This document shows positions 18,357-27,259 of a stretch of DNA of 33,415 nt, in pieces. Position 1 is the first letter of the stretch; every line of letters starts with the position of its first letter. The position numbers and the translations under genes were made by a program. The stretch comes from Candidatus Infernicultor aquiphilus (GTDB lineage: Bacteria; Atribacterota; Phoenicimicrobiia; Phoenicimicrobiales; Phoenicimicrobiaceae): contig MNYY01000107.1 of NCBI GenBank assembly GCA_001873345.1, positions 1 to 33,415 on the forward strand. Direction: 5' to 3'. The notes beneath the pieces are model-generated. The model saw only the letters and a program-made list of their open reading frames with translations. It made no database searches and was not told where the DNA came from.

Positions 18357-19314
18357 ATGATAAAAATAAGAAATATCTTATTCACAATTTTAATCGTTAT
18401 TTTGCTTGCATCAAATTTAGGATTTTCAGCAGAACTACCCCGAGTAGCGGTTATCGGATTTGATTCCACTTCTCCTGGTTACCTCTGGAGTATTGATTCA
18501 GAGCTATCCAAGGCAGCTACAGATTTAATGGTCAATGCTTTAATTAATACTTAATCGTTTTCGGGTCTTTGAAAGAACTAAGGTAGAGGCCATCTTACAG
18601 GAACAAGATTTTCAAGTTACTTCAGGGAGAGTTGATCCTTCTACCGCAGTTAAAATTGGAAAAATGTTCGGGGTAGATTCTATAGTAACTGGAAGTGTAA
18701 CTAGTATAATGTTTAGTAAGTCAGGAGGGATTGCTTTAGGACCTATAAATCTGAAGAAATCAACAGCTACCGTAACGATTATGGTAAGGGCGATAAATGT
18801 AACTACGGGAGAAATTATTTTTTCGGAAGTGAAAAAAGGAACTACTTCCAATTCTGGAGTATCTCTTCGTATCCCAGTCCCAGTGGTCGGAGGATTAGGT
18901 TTATCTTCTGAATCAGCAACCGACATTTTTTTAGCTATAGACGATGTCTGCCGGCAAGTCGCAGTAGAATTTGCGGCAAAATTGGATAGTAATTTAATAA
19001 TATCTTCTTCCACTTCCCTGCCTTTAGAAGGATATGTAGTAAAAGTGGATTCCACTTCCAGTGGGGAAATAACCCAGGTTTATATAAATCTGGGAGCAAA
19101 TTCGGGAATTCAGGTAGGGGAGGAAATAAAAATATCCCAGAAAGGAGAAGTTATTTTAGATCCTAATACTCAAGAAGTTTTAGATACAGAGTTAATTTTA
19201 GTTGCCCAGGCTAGAATAATCGAAGTTAAAGAAAAACTTTCTATTGCCCTGGTTACTACTAAATACTCTAATCTGTCTATAATGCCTACTGATATTGTAG
19301 AAGTTATTAGATAA
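18357..19314 (+). pseudogene. CsgG/HfaB-like secreted protein split by a 1-nt frameshift at ~18551
   Basis: Signal peptide plus PRVAVIGF...ALINT-stop; the +1 frame continues NRFRVFERTKVEAILQEQ...DPSTAVKIGKMFGVDSIVTGSV (CsgG-like) to the stop at 19314. Confidence 0.8.
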
Positions 19315-19341
19315 AGATAAAAAAGAAAAGGAGAATAAATA

Positions 19342-20130
19342 ATGAAAAAATCTCAACTAAAAAGTTTATCCATTCTAAATTTATTGAGCTTTGTTAGTAT
19401 GGTTATCGTAAACTATCTAGTGGTCACCCTTCCTTTAAATAACAAAACTACTGGTGCCTTAGCTGATCAATATCCCAACCTTTTTGTGCCAGTAGGACTT
19501 ACTTTTTCTATCTGGGGGATCATTTACTTATTACTGGCTATTTTTATAGTCTATCAGTTAGCTTATGCTTTCCGAAAAAATACTCCCGATTCCTCTTTTT
19601 TAGAAAAGATAGGTTTATTGTTTTTTCTTTCTTGTTTAGCGAACTTTAGCTGGATTTTTGCCTGGCATTTTGAAAGGGTCTTTCTATCTTTTTTGATTAT
19701 GTTAATTCTTTTGTTATCTTTAATAGCGATCTATCAAAAACTAAATATTGGCCGTTCGGCTGCCTTAAAATCTGAAAAATATTTAGTCCATCTTCCCTTC
19801 AGTGTATATTTGGGCTGGGTTACCATCGCTACTATTGCCAATACTACCGCACTTTTAGTGAATCTAAACTGGAATCGTTGGGGACTAAGTGAACCATTCT
19901 GGACCATAGTAGTTATCATTATTGGTCTGTTCATTTCGCTGATGATGCTTTTTTATCGAAAAGACATTTTCTACTGTCTGGTAGTGGATTGGGCTTTACT
20001 GGGAATATTAATCAAAAGACTTACCGTAGATATGGTAAGGATACAAAGTATAATTACGATAGTTTACCTGGGATTAGTGATTATTTCCCTGGGAATCATC
20101 ATCCAAATAATAAGAAAGAAAGTTTATTAA
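19342..20130 (+). CDS. TspO/MBR-like tryptophan-rich membrane protein
   Basis: Y.NLFVP.G.TFSIWG.IY, N..WIF.WH, PFSVYLGWVTIATIAN. Confidence 0.75.
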   Translation: MKKSQLKSLSILNLLSFVSMVIVNYLVVTLPLNNKTTGALADQYPNLFVPVGLTFSIWGIIYLLLAIFIVYQLAYAFRKNTPDSSFLEKIGLLFFLSCLANFSWIFAWHFERVFLSFLIMLILLLSLIAIYQKLNIGRSAALKSEKYLVHLPFSVYLGWVTIATIANTTALLVNLNWNRWGLSEPFWTIVVIIIGLFISLMMLFYRKDIFYCLVVDWALLGILIKRLTVDMVRIQSIITIVYLGLVIISLGIIIQIIRKKVY

Positions 20131-20248
20131 AAAAATAGAGTTATGCTGGTAACTACGACTATTAGGTCAAGTAAGAGTAGTAAAGTTTTAAAAGGGTAGA
20201 AATAAAATGAAAAGTGAAAAGAAACATTATAGGTAGGGTAAATTAATT

Positions 20249-21169
20249 ATGCAAAACTTGATTGCAGGGATACAAAAAACTATTGGGTTGAGCCCTGAAA
20301 TACAAATAAAACTCTTTACTTCGATAATTATTATTTTGATCCTCTGGTTTCTTCGAACCTTAGCTATAAAGTTGGTTCGGTTTCGTACTGAAGATGTGCG
20401 CATTAGTTATAACTGGAGAAAGATTTTAAGTTATATAACCATTATTTTAGGCATTCTTTCAGTTACCCGAGTATGGTTTGTAGGTTTTCAGTCTATTACT
20501 ACTTTCTTAGGTCTATTAACAGCAGGTATTGCTATTGCCTTAAAAGATCTGATTGCTAATGTAGCCGGGTGGATTTTTATTATTTGGGGTAAACCTTTTA
20601 GTGCTGGAGATCGTATCCAGATTGGGAATCATGCTGGAGATGTTATAGATATACGAGTTTTTCAATTTACTATTTTAGAAATAGGTAATTGGGTGGAAGC
20701 CGATCAAAGTACCGGTCGAATTATTCACATTCCTAATAGTATGATACTAAATCAAACCTTAGCTAATTATAGTAAAGGTTTCCAATATATATGGAATGAG
20801 ATTCCGATCCTTATCACCTTCGAGAGCAATTGGGAAAAGGCAAAAGATCTACTGCAAAAAATCGCTAATAAACATGGAGAACATTTAAGTCAAGCAGCTG
20901 AAAAGAGAGTAAAAGAAGCAAGTAAAAAATTTATGATATTTTATTCTAAACTTACTCCCATTGTTTATACTAGCGTAGAGGAAAGTGGGGTATTATTAAC
21001 CATACGTTATCTTTGTGAACCCTCCCGTCGTCGGGACAGTAAACAAGCGATATGGGAAGATGTTCTGAAAGAGTTTGCTAAAAATAAGGATATAGATTTT
21101 GCCTATCCTACTCATAGAATAGAACATTTAAGTCAAGCAGCTGAAAAGAAAGTAAAAGAACCAAATTAG
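20249..21169 (+). CDS. MscS family mechanosensitive channel
   Basis: AIALKD.IAN..G, PFSAGDRIQIG...GDVIDI, IPNS, IDFAYPT. Confidence 0.9.
   Translation: MQNLIAGIQKTIGLSPEIQIKLFTSIIIILILWFLRTLAIKLVRFRTEDVRISYNWRKILSYITIILGILSVTRVWFVGFQSITTFLGLLTAGIAIALKDLIANVAGWIFIIWGKPFSAGDRIQIGNHAGDVIDIRVFQFTILEIGNWVEADQSTGRIIHIPNSMILNQTLANYSKGFQYIWNEIPILITFESNWEKAKDLLQKIANKHGEHLSQAAEKRVKEASKKFMIFYSKLTPIVYTSVEESGVLLTIRYLCEPSRRRDSKQAIWEDVLKEFAKNKDIDFAYPTHRIEHLSQAAEKKVKEPN
20878..21164 (+). repeat. 44-nt in-frame direct repeat (20878-20921 and 21121-21164)
   Basis: 42/44 identical; encodes EHLSQAAEK(R/K)VKE twice. Confidence 0.9.
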
Positions 21170-21204
21170 AAATCTAAAAAAAGTAAAGAAGGTGATTTAT
21201 TTAT

Positions 21205-21522
21205 ATGCAGTTATTATTAATTGTAGGTATTATAATAGCTATTTTGGCTGTTGTTTTTGCACTTCAGAATGCGGTTCCTATAACAGTGAGTTTTTTAGTT
21301 TGGAAATTTGAAAGCTCATTAGCCTTGGTGCTTTTGATTGCAATTGCGTTAGGGGTTCTAATGAGTTTATTGGTTTCAGTACCTTCAATGATAAAAAGAA
21401 GAGGGATGATTTCCAGTCAGAAAAAAAAGATTAAACAGTTGGAGAAGAGTCTTCAAAGAGAAAGTGAAATTGAAAAAGAGAACGAAAGTAAAAATAAAGA
21501 ATCTGAACTGCCCTTAGAATAA
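21205..21522 (+). CDS. LapA (DUF1049) family small membrane protein
   Basis: FALQN...V.FL.W....SLALV, two TM segments plus coiled-coil tail. Confidence 0.85.
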   Translation: MQLLLIVGIIIAILAVVFALQNAVPITVSFLVWKFESSLALVLLIAIALGVLMSLLVSVPSMIKRRGMISSQKKKIKQLEKSLQRESEIEKENESKNKESELPLE

Positions 21523-21570
21523 TCATCCTCTAATTCAATTCATGAATCAAGATTATAAATTATTAAACAT

Positions 21571-21717
21571 TTGACTTTTATAGTCGGCATTTATGGGATG
21601 AATTTTAAATATATGCCAGAACTTAAATGGGTCTGGTCTTATCCGGTGGTTTTATTAAGAATGTTAATTATGGGGATTATTATGGTTTTCTATTTTAGGA
21701 GAAAAAAATGGATGTAA
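21571..21717 (+). pseudogene. corA: C-terminal remnant of a CorA Mg/Co transporter
   Basis: Translates LTFIVGIYGMNFKYMPELKW..SYP...YFRRKKWM-stop (GMN and MPEL motifs); the rest of the gene is absent. Confidence 0.85.
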
Positions 21718-21759
21718 AGCTAATTAATAATATTTTAAAGAATATTTAAGGAGTGAATT

Positions 21760-22557
21760 ATGAGGAAAAATAAAGTAAAAGAGAAACTCCTAAGAGGAGA
21801 ACCAGTATTAGGAATTTGGCAGAGTATCAATTCAATGGATCTTGCTGAAATGTCAGGTTATTCAGGATATGATTTTGTTATTTTTGATACAGAGCATGGT
21901 CCAATGTCTGCTGAATCTTGCATACCTTTAATTTGTGCTTCTGAACGGACTAACCTTATTCCAATTATTAGGGTAAGCGAAATTCAAAAAACATATATTT
22001 TAAAGGCATTAGATGTAGGGGCTATGGGAATTATTTTTCCAATGGTCAGCACTTATGAAGAGGCCAAAAAAGCCGTATCATGGTCTAAATACATCCAAAG
22101 AGAGGGGGAAAAAAGAAAAGAATTTAGAGGATTGATAAGTGTTAGTCGTGCAGCTGGATATGGCCTGGCGATTGACGAAAAAACCCACCTAAAGACTTCA
22201 AATAAAGAGATTATGCTCATTGTTCAATTCGAAACCAAAGAAGCAGTTGATAATCTGGATGAAATCCTCAAGCTTGAAGAAATAGATGTAGTTTTTATTG
22301 GGTCTTATGATTTATCTCAATCATTAGGCTTTCCGGGAGAAATTAATAACCCAATGGTAAAAAATATAATAGAAGAGGCTATTAAAAAAATAATAAATTC
22401 GGGTAAAGTGGCTGGTGCGATAGTGGTATCACCTGATTCGATAAAATATTGGATTGAATTAGGAGTAAAGTTTATTACTTGTCACCAAACCATAATTTTA
22501 ACGAAAGCGTTAAGTAATTTTGTAGATAACTTTAATAAAGTTATTCAAGATTGGTAA
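21760..22557 (+). CDS. HpcH/HpaI aldolase family protein
   Basis: FDTEHG, ALDVGA.GI.FP.V, VQFET, FIG..DLS.SLG.PG. Confidence 0.9.
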   Translation: MRKNKVKEKLLRGEPVLGIWQSINSMDLAEMSGYSGYDFVIFDTEHGPMSAESCIPLICASERTNLIPIIRVSEIQKTYILKALDVGAMGIIFPMVSTYEEAKKAVSWSKYIQREGEKRKEFRGLISVSRAAGYGLAIDEKTHLKTSNKEIMLIVQFETKEAVDNLDEILKLEEIDVVFIGSYDLSQSLGFPGEINNPMVKNIIEEAIKKIINSGKVAGAIVVSPDSIKYWIELGVKFITCHQTIILTKALSNFVDNFNKVIQDW

Positions 22558-22568
22558 AAAAATAACCA

Positions 22569-22600
22569 GTCCTTTGGCTTTTGCTGAAGGGCTTATTATT
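22569..22600 (+). terminator. Probable intrinsic terminator
   Basis: GTCCTTTGGC-TTTT-GCTGAAGGGC (with G-U pairs) followed by TTATTATTT. Confidence 0.5.
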
Positions 22601-22734
22601 TGAAAAGAAGGATTTTAAAAAGTTTTATCGTAGATATAATTATAAATAATTTTACTATATATCTTTTAGGTACCACGCGAATGTCTTGAAGAGAAAATGA
22701 ATACATGGTGGACTTCATATCCAAGGAGTTATAG

Positions 22735-23300
22735 ATGATATCAACTGAGTATAAACGGTCAATTCTAATATGGGAAATCAGCTGCACTTTATTCGTGATA
22801 TTTTTTGGTTCCATGCTCCATTTCATATATGGATGGACCAATCATTTATCAGTAATAGGACTATTTGCTCCCGTAAATGAAAGTGTTTGGGAGCATCTCA
22901 AATTGGGATTTTGGTCCTTAACTATCTTTTCGATCCCCGAATACTTTTTAATAGGAAAGAAAGTAAAAAACTTTTTTATTGCTAAATTAGCTGGAGTGTT
23001 CGCGCTTGAAATTGTAATTGTAGTGATCTTTTATATATATACCTCAATATTGGGAAAGGATCTATCAGCTATGGATATAGGTTCATATGTTGCAGGAGCT
23101 ATCGTATGTCAGATCATAGCAATGCAAATCTTCATTAAGACCAAGCAAAGCAACCAAGGTAACTCTTTTGCAATTGCTGGCATTGTGGCATAACATTAAT
23201 CTTTATGCTATTTACTTATATCACACCAAGAATCCCCATTTTCAAGGATAAGAATACCGATGAATATGGTGCAAAATGGGGAATAGAAACTATGCAATAG
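22735..23300 (+). pseudogene. DUF6512-like membrane protein, frameshifted at ~23190
   Basis: G..LHF.Y.W and PVNESVWEHLKL motifs; after the stop at 23193 the -1 frame gives ITLIFMLFTYITPRIPIFKDKNTDEYG..., the expected C-terminus. Confidence 0.75.
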
Positions 23301-23550
23301 TAAGTAGAGGCAATATTTAAGCGCTTTGTTAAAGAATGATATCCATTAAAATAAGATTAAATTCCTATTTGAGCCTTGACCCCACTTACACTGAACCTTT
23401 CACTTACAGTGGGAATGGGAAGGTTTATAATCTTTAAGAAAAAATGACAAAAAATCTTTTTTACTGTATATATATTATATTAATTGGTCGATCAAATCTT
23501 ATGATTGTCTTGCTCTCGTTTTAAACTTTTAAGAAAGTGAGGTGATTTTA

Positions 23551-23628
23551 ATGTCGTGCTATGGTGATAAAAAGGATAAAGGTAAGGATAAAGGTAAGGA
23601 TAAAGGTAAGGAAAAGAAGACAGAATAG
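23551..23628 (+). CDS. Putative 25-aa microprotein MSCYGDKKDKGKDKGKDKGKEKKTE
   Basis: GAGGTGA SD at 23539-23545; 12-nt tandem repeat AAGGATAAAGGT x3 (23572-23607) in frame. Confidence 0.5.
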   Translation: MSCYGDKKDKGKDKGKDKGKEKKTE

Positions 23629-23767
23629 TTATATCGGTTAACTTCATATATAAAAATGCCAGGTTATCTCTTTAATTAAATAAATAAGAGTTTAAGGAAC
23701 CTGTGCCAGTCATTTCTATAACTAGCTTGACTTACTATTAAAAAAAACAAAGAAATCCTTTAGATTA

Positions 23768-23800
23768 AGCCCTGACCATTCTGTAGTTCAGGGCTTTTTG
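23768..23800 (+). terminator. Intrinsic terminator
   Basis: AAGCCCTGA...TCAGGGCTT followed by a T-run. Confidence 0.7.
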
Positions 23801-24096
23801 TATTTATTGATTATAATAGTGGAATCTCGTTCCGAACGCCCTATAGCTAAAGTTATTACAGTATCTTCTAAGGAGGGATAACTATTTAAAAGGTATCTTC
23901 TCTGATCAAAATTTAAACGTTTTTAAAAAATTTATCTTTAAAAAGGAAGTGATAATAGATACTCCCAATACAGCTTTAGATAAAAAAGTAGACAGAATTT
24001 TAAATTTATTACCTAAGGAAGAGGAGTCAAAAGTAATTAAAAAGAAAGTTAAGCCAGTAAAGAATGTAGAAGAAGAGAAAGAAGAAAAGGCTTGAT

Positions 24097-24366
24097 ACTT
24101 TTATAAACTATGAGTATTGGATGGACCCTAAAAATATTGATGATTTAATAGCTCAGGATATCCGGATCATATTTTTACTTGAATATATACCGCCATCTCC
24201 TTTAAATACATTACTTCTTACTCCAGAACAAAGGAGAGAATTTAGAGCCCAAATCCTTGAATTTCGGAAAATAAAACCTAGTGCTTTATTTGCCCATCCA
24301 GATGAGGTCTCTAATCTTGCTCAATTAGTTGGTGCCTATAAGACAAATATGAATTTAGAGGAATAA
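24097..24366 (+). pseudogene. Internal fragment of a radical SAM/SPASM-type protein
   Basis: IDDLI.....FLLEYIP.....LLLTPEQRREFR..I...RK.KP....PDE resembles the segment before the SPASM domain; no CxxxCxxC. Confidence 0.5.
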
Positions 24367-24461
24367 AATAAAAATAAAATAATTAAAGATAATATGGTTT
24401 TTTAAAATTAGCAAGCTAAATAGGATTGGACAGATGTTAAAACATATGAAAAGAAAAGATT

Positions 24462-24504
24462 AAAAAACCCTTTAGTATTTAGTATATGTACTAAAGGGTT
24501 TTTT
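24462..24504. terminator. Bidirectional intrinsic terminator downstream of the RRM gene
   Basis: AAAAAACCCTTTAGTA ... TACTAAAGGGTTTTTT, 16-bp perfect stem. Confidence 0.85.
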
Positions 24505-24534
24505 GTTTCTTAACTAAGATATTTTAACTAAAAC

Positions 24535-24807
24535 TTAATAACGTTTTCGGCTATCGTTAAAATCTCTTCTGGGTTTTTGCGGACGAGCTTCATCAATCTT
24601 TAAAGGACGACCTTCAAAGTCAGTATCATTTAAAGCTTCTCTAGCCTTTTCAGCTTCTTCTGAAGAAGACATTTCCACAAAACCAAAACCTTTGCCTTCG
24701 ATAATATTGACACTTTTTACAGTACCATGATTACCAAAAAGCTCTTCCAGCTTCTGTTTAGTTACGGAATAGTTTAAATTTCCGACATAAAGCTTACTAC
24801 CTTGCAT
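24535..24807 (-). CDS. RRM (RNP-1) RNA-binding protein
   Basis: RNP2 LYVGNL, RNP1 KGFGFVEM, GRPLKIDEARP; AAGGAGG SD. Confidence 0.93.
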   Translation of the reverse strand: MQGSKLYVGNLNYSVTKQKLEELFGNHGTVKSVNIIEGKGFGFVEMSSSEEAEKAREALNDTDFEGRPLKIDEARPQKPRRDFNDSRKRY

Positions 24808-24988
24808 ACCTTCTCCTCCTTTTTTATTAATTTATTCAGTAACATTTTATTTAGAGATAAAGTAGAACAAGATAGAAAAACTCTATTTAATATATTACTG
24901 TAAGCCAATCTTCAAATAAAAGATTGCCTTCTAATGTTATAAACTGTTTATTTTATAACATTTGCACTTATTGGTAAGTGACTACATT

Positions 24989-25018
24989 ATTATATATATT
25001 AATTGGGAAAAATGTCAA
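24989..25018 (-). promoter_or_regulatory. Consensus sigma70 promoter for the RRM gene
   Basis: Minus-strand TTGACA (25018-25013)-N18-TATAAT (24994-24989). Confidence 0.6.
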
Positions 25019-25349
25019 GCATTATTTAGTTTTTTAATAATAATTTTTTCAGTTGGGGGAGAGTATTTGTCTTACAACTTGGTTAGCTGTGGTTCAGTGG
25101 AATGCAATTGGCAGCTGTATTTATGCTGATAAATTCTGTCTTGGACGCTATAGAAAATATTCCTTTAATTCCATTAAAGAAAATGTCTTCGGGATCAGAT
25201 TCAGGGAATCGATGATGATTTTATCCCTGATGTCCTGGAAAACGCACAATTTTAATTTCAAAAAAAGAGGATTTTATGGTATGATGTTTTATTAAATATA
25301 CCATAAAGATAAAAAATAATAGATTAACTTTTCAACTAAGGAATAAAAA

Positions 25350-25856
25350 ATGTTACTATCTACTTTTTTATTAGAAGCAGTCTTAATCTCTTTATCTGGA
25401 GTGGTAGCTCCCGGACCGGTTACTGCAGTAACGGTTAGTAAAGGGACTAAATCTCCTCATGCCGGAGCAATTATTGCCCTGGGGCATGGGATAGTAGAAA
25501 TTCCTTTTATGGTTTTAGTCCTTTATGGTTTTAGTGAAATATTAAAAATAACTTACGTTAAAGCGATAATAGGTTTACTGGGTGGCATGGTTCTCTTCAA
25601 GATGGGCCTCGACTTACTTAAGGGGATTAAATCAGAAAAAATGATTCATCTAATGATTCACATTCTCCTCTGATGGCTGGAATTATACTTACTCTGGCCA
25701 ATCCTTATTTTCTGGTCTGGATGGCCACCATTGGTTCTATTCTCATTTTTTGGTAAAAAACTCCAACAGGGACTATTTTTTATTTGTGGAGTTTTTCTCC
25801 TATTTTTCAGCGTTAAATTTATCTTCGATGCAATAAAAATACTTATTTCTTTATAA
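25350..25856 (+). pseudogene. LysE family translocator with frameshift (~25640) and internal deletion (~25750)
   Basis: SLSGVVAPGP and GHGIVE; the next frame gives AGIILTLANPYFLVW.ATIG; a third frame gives the terminal helix FGKKLQQGLFFICGVFL. Confidence 0.8.
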
Positions 25857-25868
25857 ATATTTAAACCA

Positions 25869-26003
25869 ATGGAGCGAATAGGAATGAGGGAAGAAGGGTA
25901 TTTACGAGAAAGTGTATAGTTCAAAGACGAGTGGGCGGATGATGTAATCTATGCGATTCTCGAGAAAGAGTGGAGGTTACAAGGAAGGAAAAAAGATGAA
26001 TAA
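25869..26003 (+). pseudogene. C-terminal remnant of a RimJ/RimL-type GNAT acetyltransferase
   Basis: MERIGMREEGYLRESV*FKDEWADDVIYAILEKEW; in-frame TAG, N-terminus missing. Confidence 0.8.
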
Positions 26004-26331
26004 AAAAGAAAATAGTATTAAAATAACCCATCTTATGCGTAGAGAAATAATAGAACTAATAAGGACAAAAACTATAATGGAAGGATATGAATGTTGTGAT
26101 TTTCGATATGTGCAAAAACAAAGATATAATTAGCTCTACCTTATACCTGACTTTGCCCTCTGCCTGAGGAACTGATCCAAAGGACTTTTGCTACTGTGGT
26201 TCAATCGTCAAATTTTATTACTAACCATCGAAGCTAACTTTGCTATATATAATAAGGGAGTGGTTATTACAGTCCGCTCTATTTAGAAAGGGCTTTATAT
26301 GTATTGATTAATTAAAAGGAGGTAAAAGGTT

Positions 26332-26493
26332 ATGTTAAAAAAAGAGCGTCGTGGTGGGAAAGAGCGTAGGTCAGGACTAAACCGCAGGATTAGTAATGAT
26401 TCGGATTATAAAGGACCTGAACGCCGAGGTGGCCGAGATAGGAGATCCGGAAAGAATCGAAGAAAGACGGTCTTAAAGACCGGGATACGTTAA
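26332..26493 (+). CDS. 53-aa arginine-rich repeat microprotein with YKGPERR motif
   Basis: AAGGAGGT SD at 26316-26323; MLKKERRGGKERRSGLNRRISNDSDYKGPERRGGRDRRSGKNRRKTVLKTGIR; own terminator downstream. Confidence 0.8.
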   Translation: MLKKERRGGKERRSGLNRRISNDSDYKGPERRGGRDRRSGKNRRKTVLKTGIR

Positions 26494-26517
26494 GAGAAAG
26501 ATGGGGATAATCTGTTT

Positions 26518-26552
26518 AAAGCCCTTTGGCCGGTAAGTTGAAGGGCTTTTTT
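26518..26552 (+). terminator. Intrinsic terminator
   Basis: AAAGCCCTT...AAGGGCTTT followed by TTT. Confidence 0.75.
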
Positions 26553-26655
26553 AATTGAATTTTTTAAAAAGAAGGCATTTAAAACTATTATCGGGTATAA
26601 TAAAATAAAAGAAAAGCTTCTTACTCACCAAGATTAAAAAGAGAAAAGGGAGAAA

Positions 26656-27180
26656 ATGATTAGTTATCTGAAAAGATTAAAGATTCTAATATTTGTATCG
26701 ATTATAAGCGTAGGAGCTGATCAGCTGGCTAAATACGCTGCTAAAAAATTACTTCCTTATGGTGCAATGACTAGCCTTATGGGTGATACGATAAGGTTAC
26801 AGTACCTTAAAAATAAAGGGGCTTTTTTAAGTCTGGGTGCTTCTTTACCCGAAGAAACACGATTTTGGATTTTTATGGTCTCAGTATCTTTAGTGCTAAA
26901 TATTATATTTCTTTACCTGATTTTTTCGAAAAGGCTGTCCTTTTTACCGACCCTTGCTATATCCCTGATCTTCAGTGGAGCGATGAGTAATCTGATTGAC
27001 CGACTGACTTATGATGGTGCGGTAATCGATTTTTTAAATATCGGAATAGGAAAGTTGCGGACTGGTGTATTTAATTTAGCTGATTTTGCAGTTATCTGCG
27101 GAGTTGCACTGCTCTTTTATTTTAGTCTATTTAATCACCTACAACCTGAAATTCTTTTAATTAAAAAGAAGGATTTTTAA
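26656..27180 (+). CDS. lspA: Lipoprotein signal peptidase II
   Basis: DQLAK, N.GAFLSL, GA.SNLIDR...GAVIDF, FNLAD. Confidence 0.92.
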   Translation: MISYLKRLKILIFVSIISVGADQLAKYAAKKLLPYGAMTSLMGDTIRLQYLKNKGAFLSLGASLPEETRFWIFMVSVSLVLNIIFLYLIFSKRLSFLPTLAISLIFSGAMSNLIDRLTYDGAVIDFLNIGIGKLRTGVFNLADFAVICGVALLFYFSLFNHLQPEILLIKKKDF

Positions 27181-27259
27181 AACTTTTGTCGAATATAAAA
27201 AGGTAAAGAAAGGTAAAGAGGAGAATATAAGTAAAACTATATTATATAGAGGTGGTAAG

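Noticed and set aside
23810-24096. Coding-like Lys/Glu-rich stretch with a frameshift
   Set aside because: Likely another remnant, but the family cannot be assigned.
25053-25295. 80-aa TTG-start ORF
   Set aside because: No SD or motif; probably decayed sequence of unidentifiable origin.
25917-25919. In-frame TAG as pyrrolysine/readthrough in the GNAT fragment
   Set aside because: The gene is also 5'-truncated; a nonsense mutation is simpler.
25951-26133. 60-aa ORF
   Set aside because: Overlaps the GNAT remnant out of frame; no recognisable product.
26134-26315. c-di-GMP riboswitch upstream of the Arg-rich peptide
   Set aside because: No GGCAAA...GAAA...GACGCAAAG architecture on the + strand.
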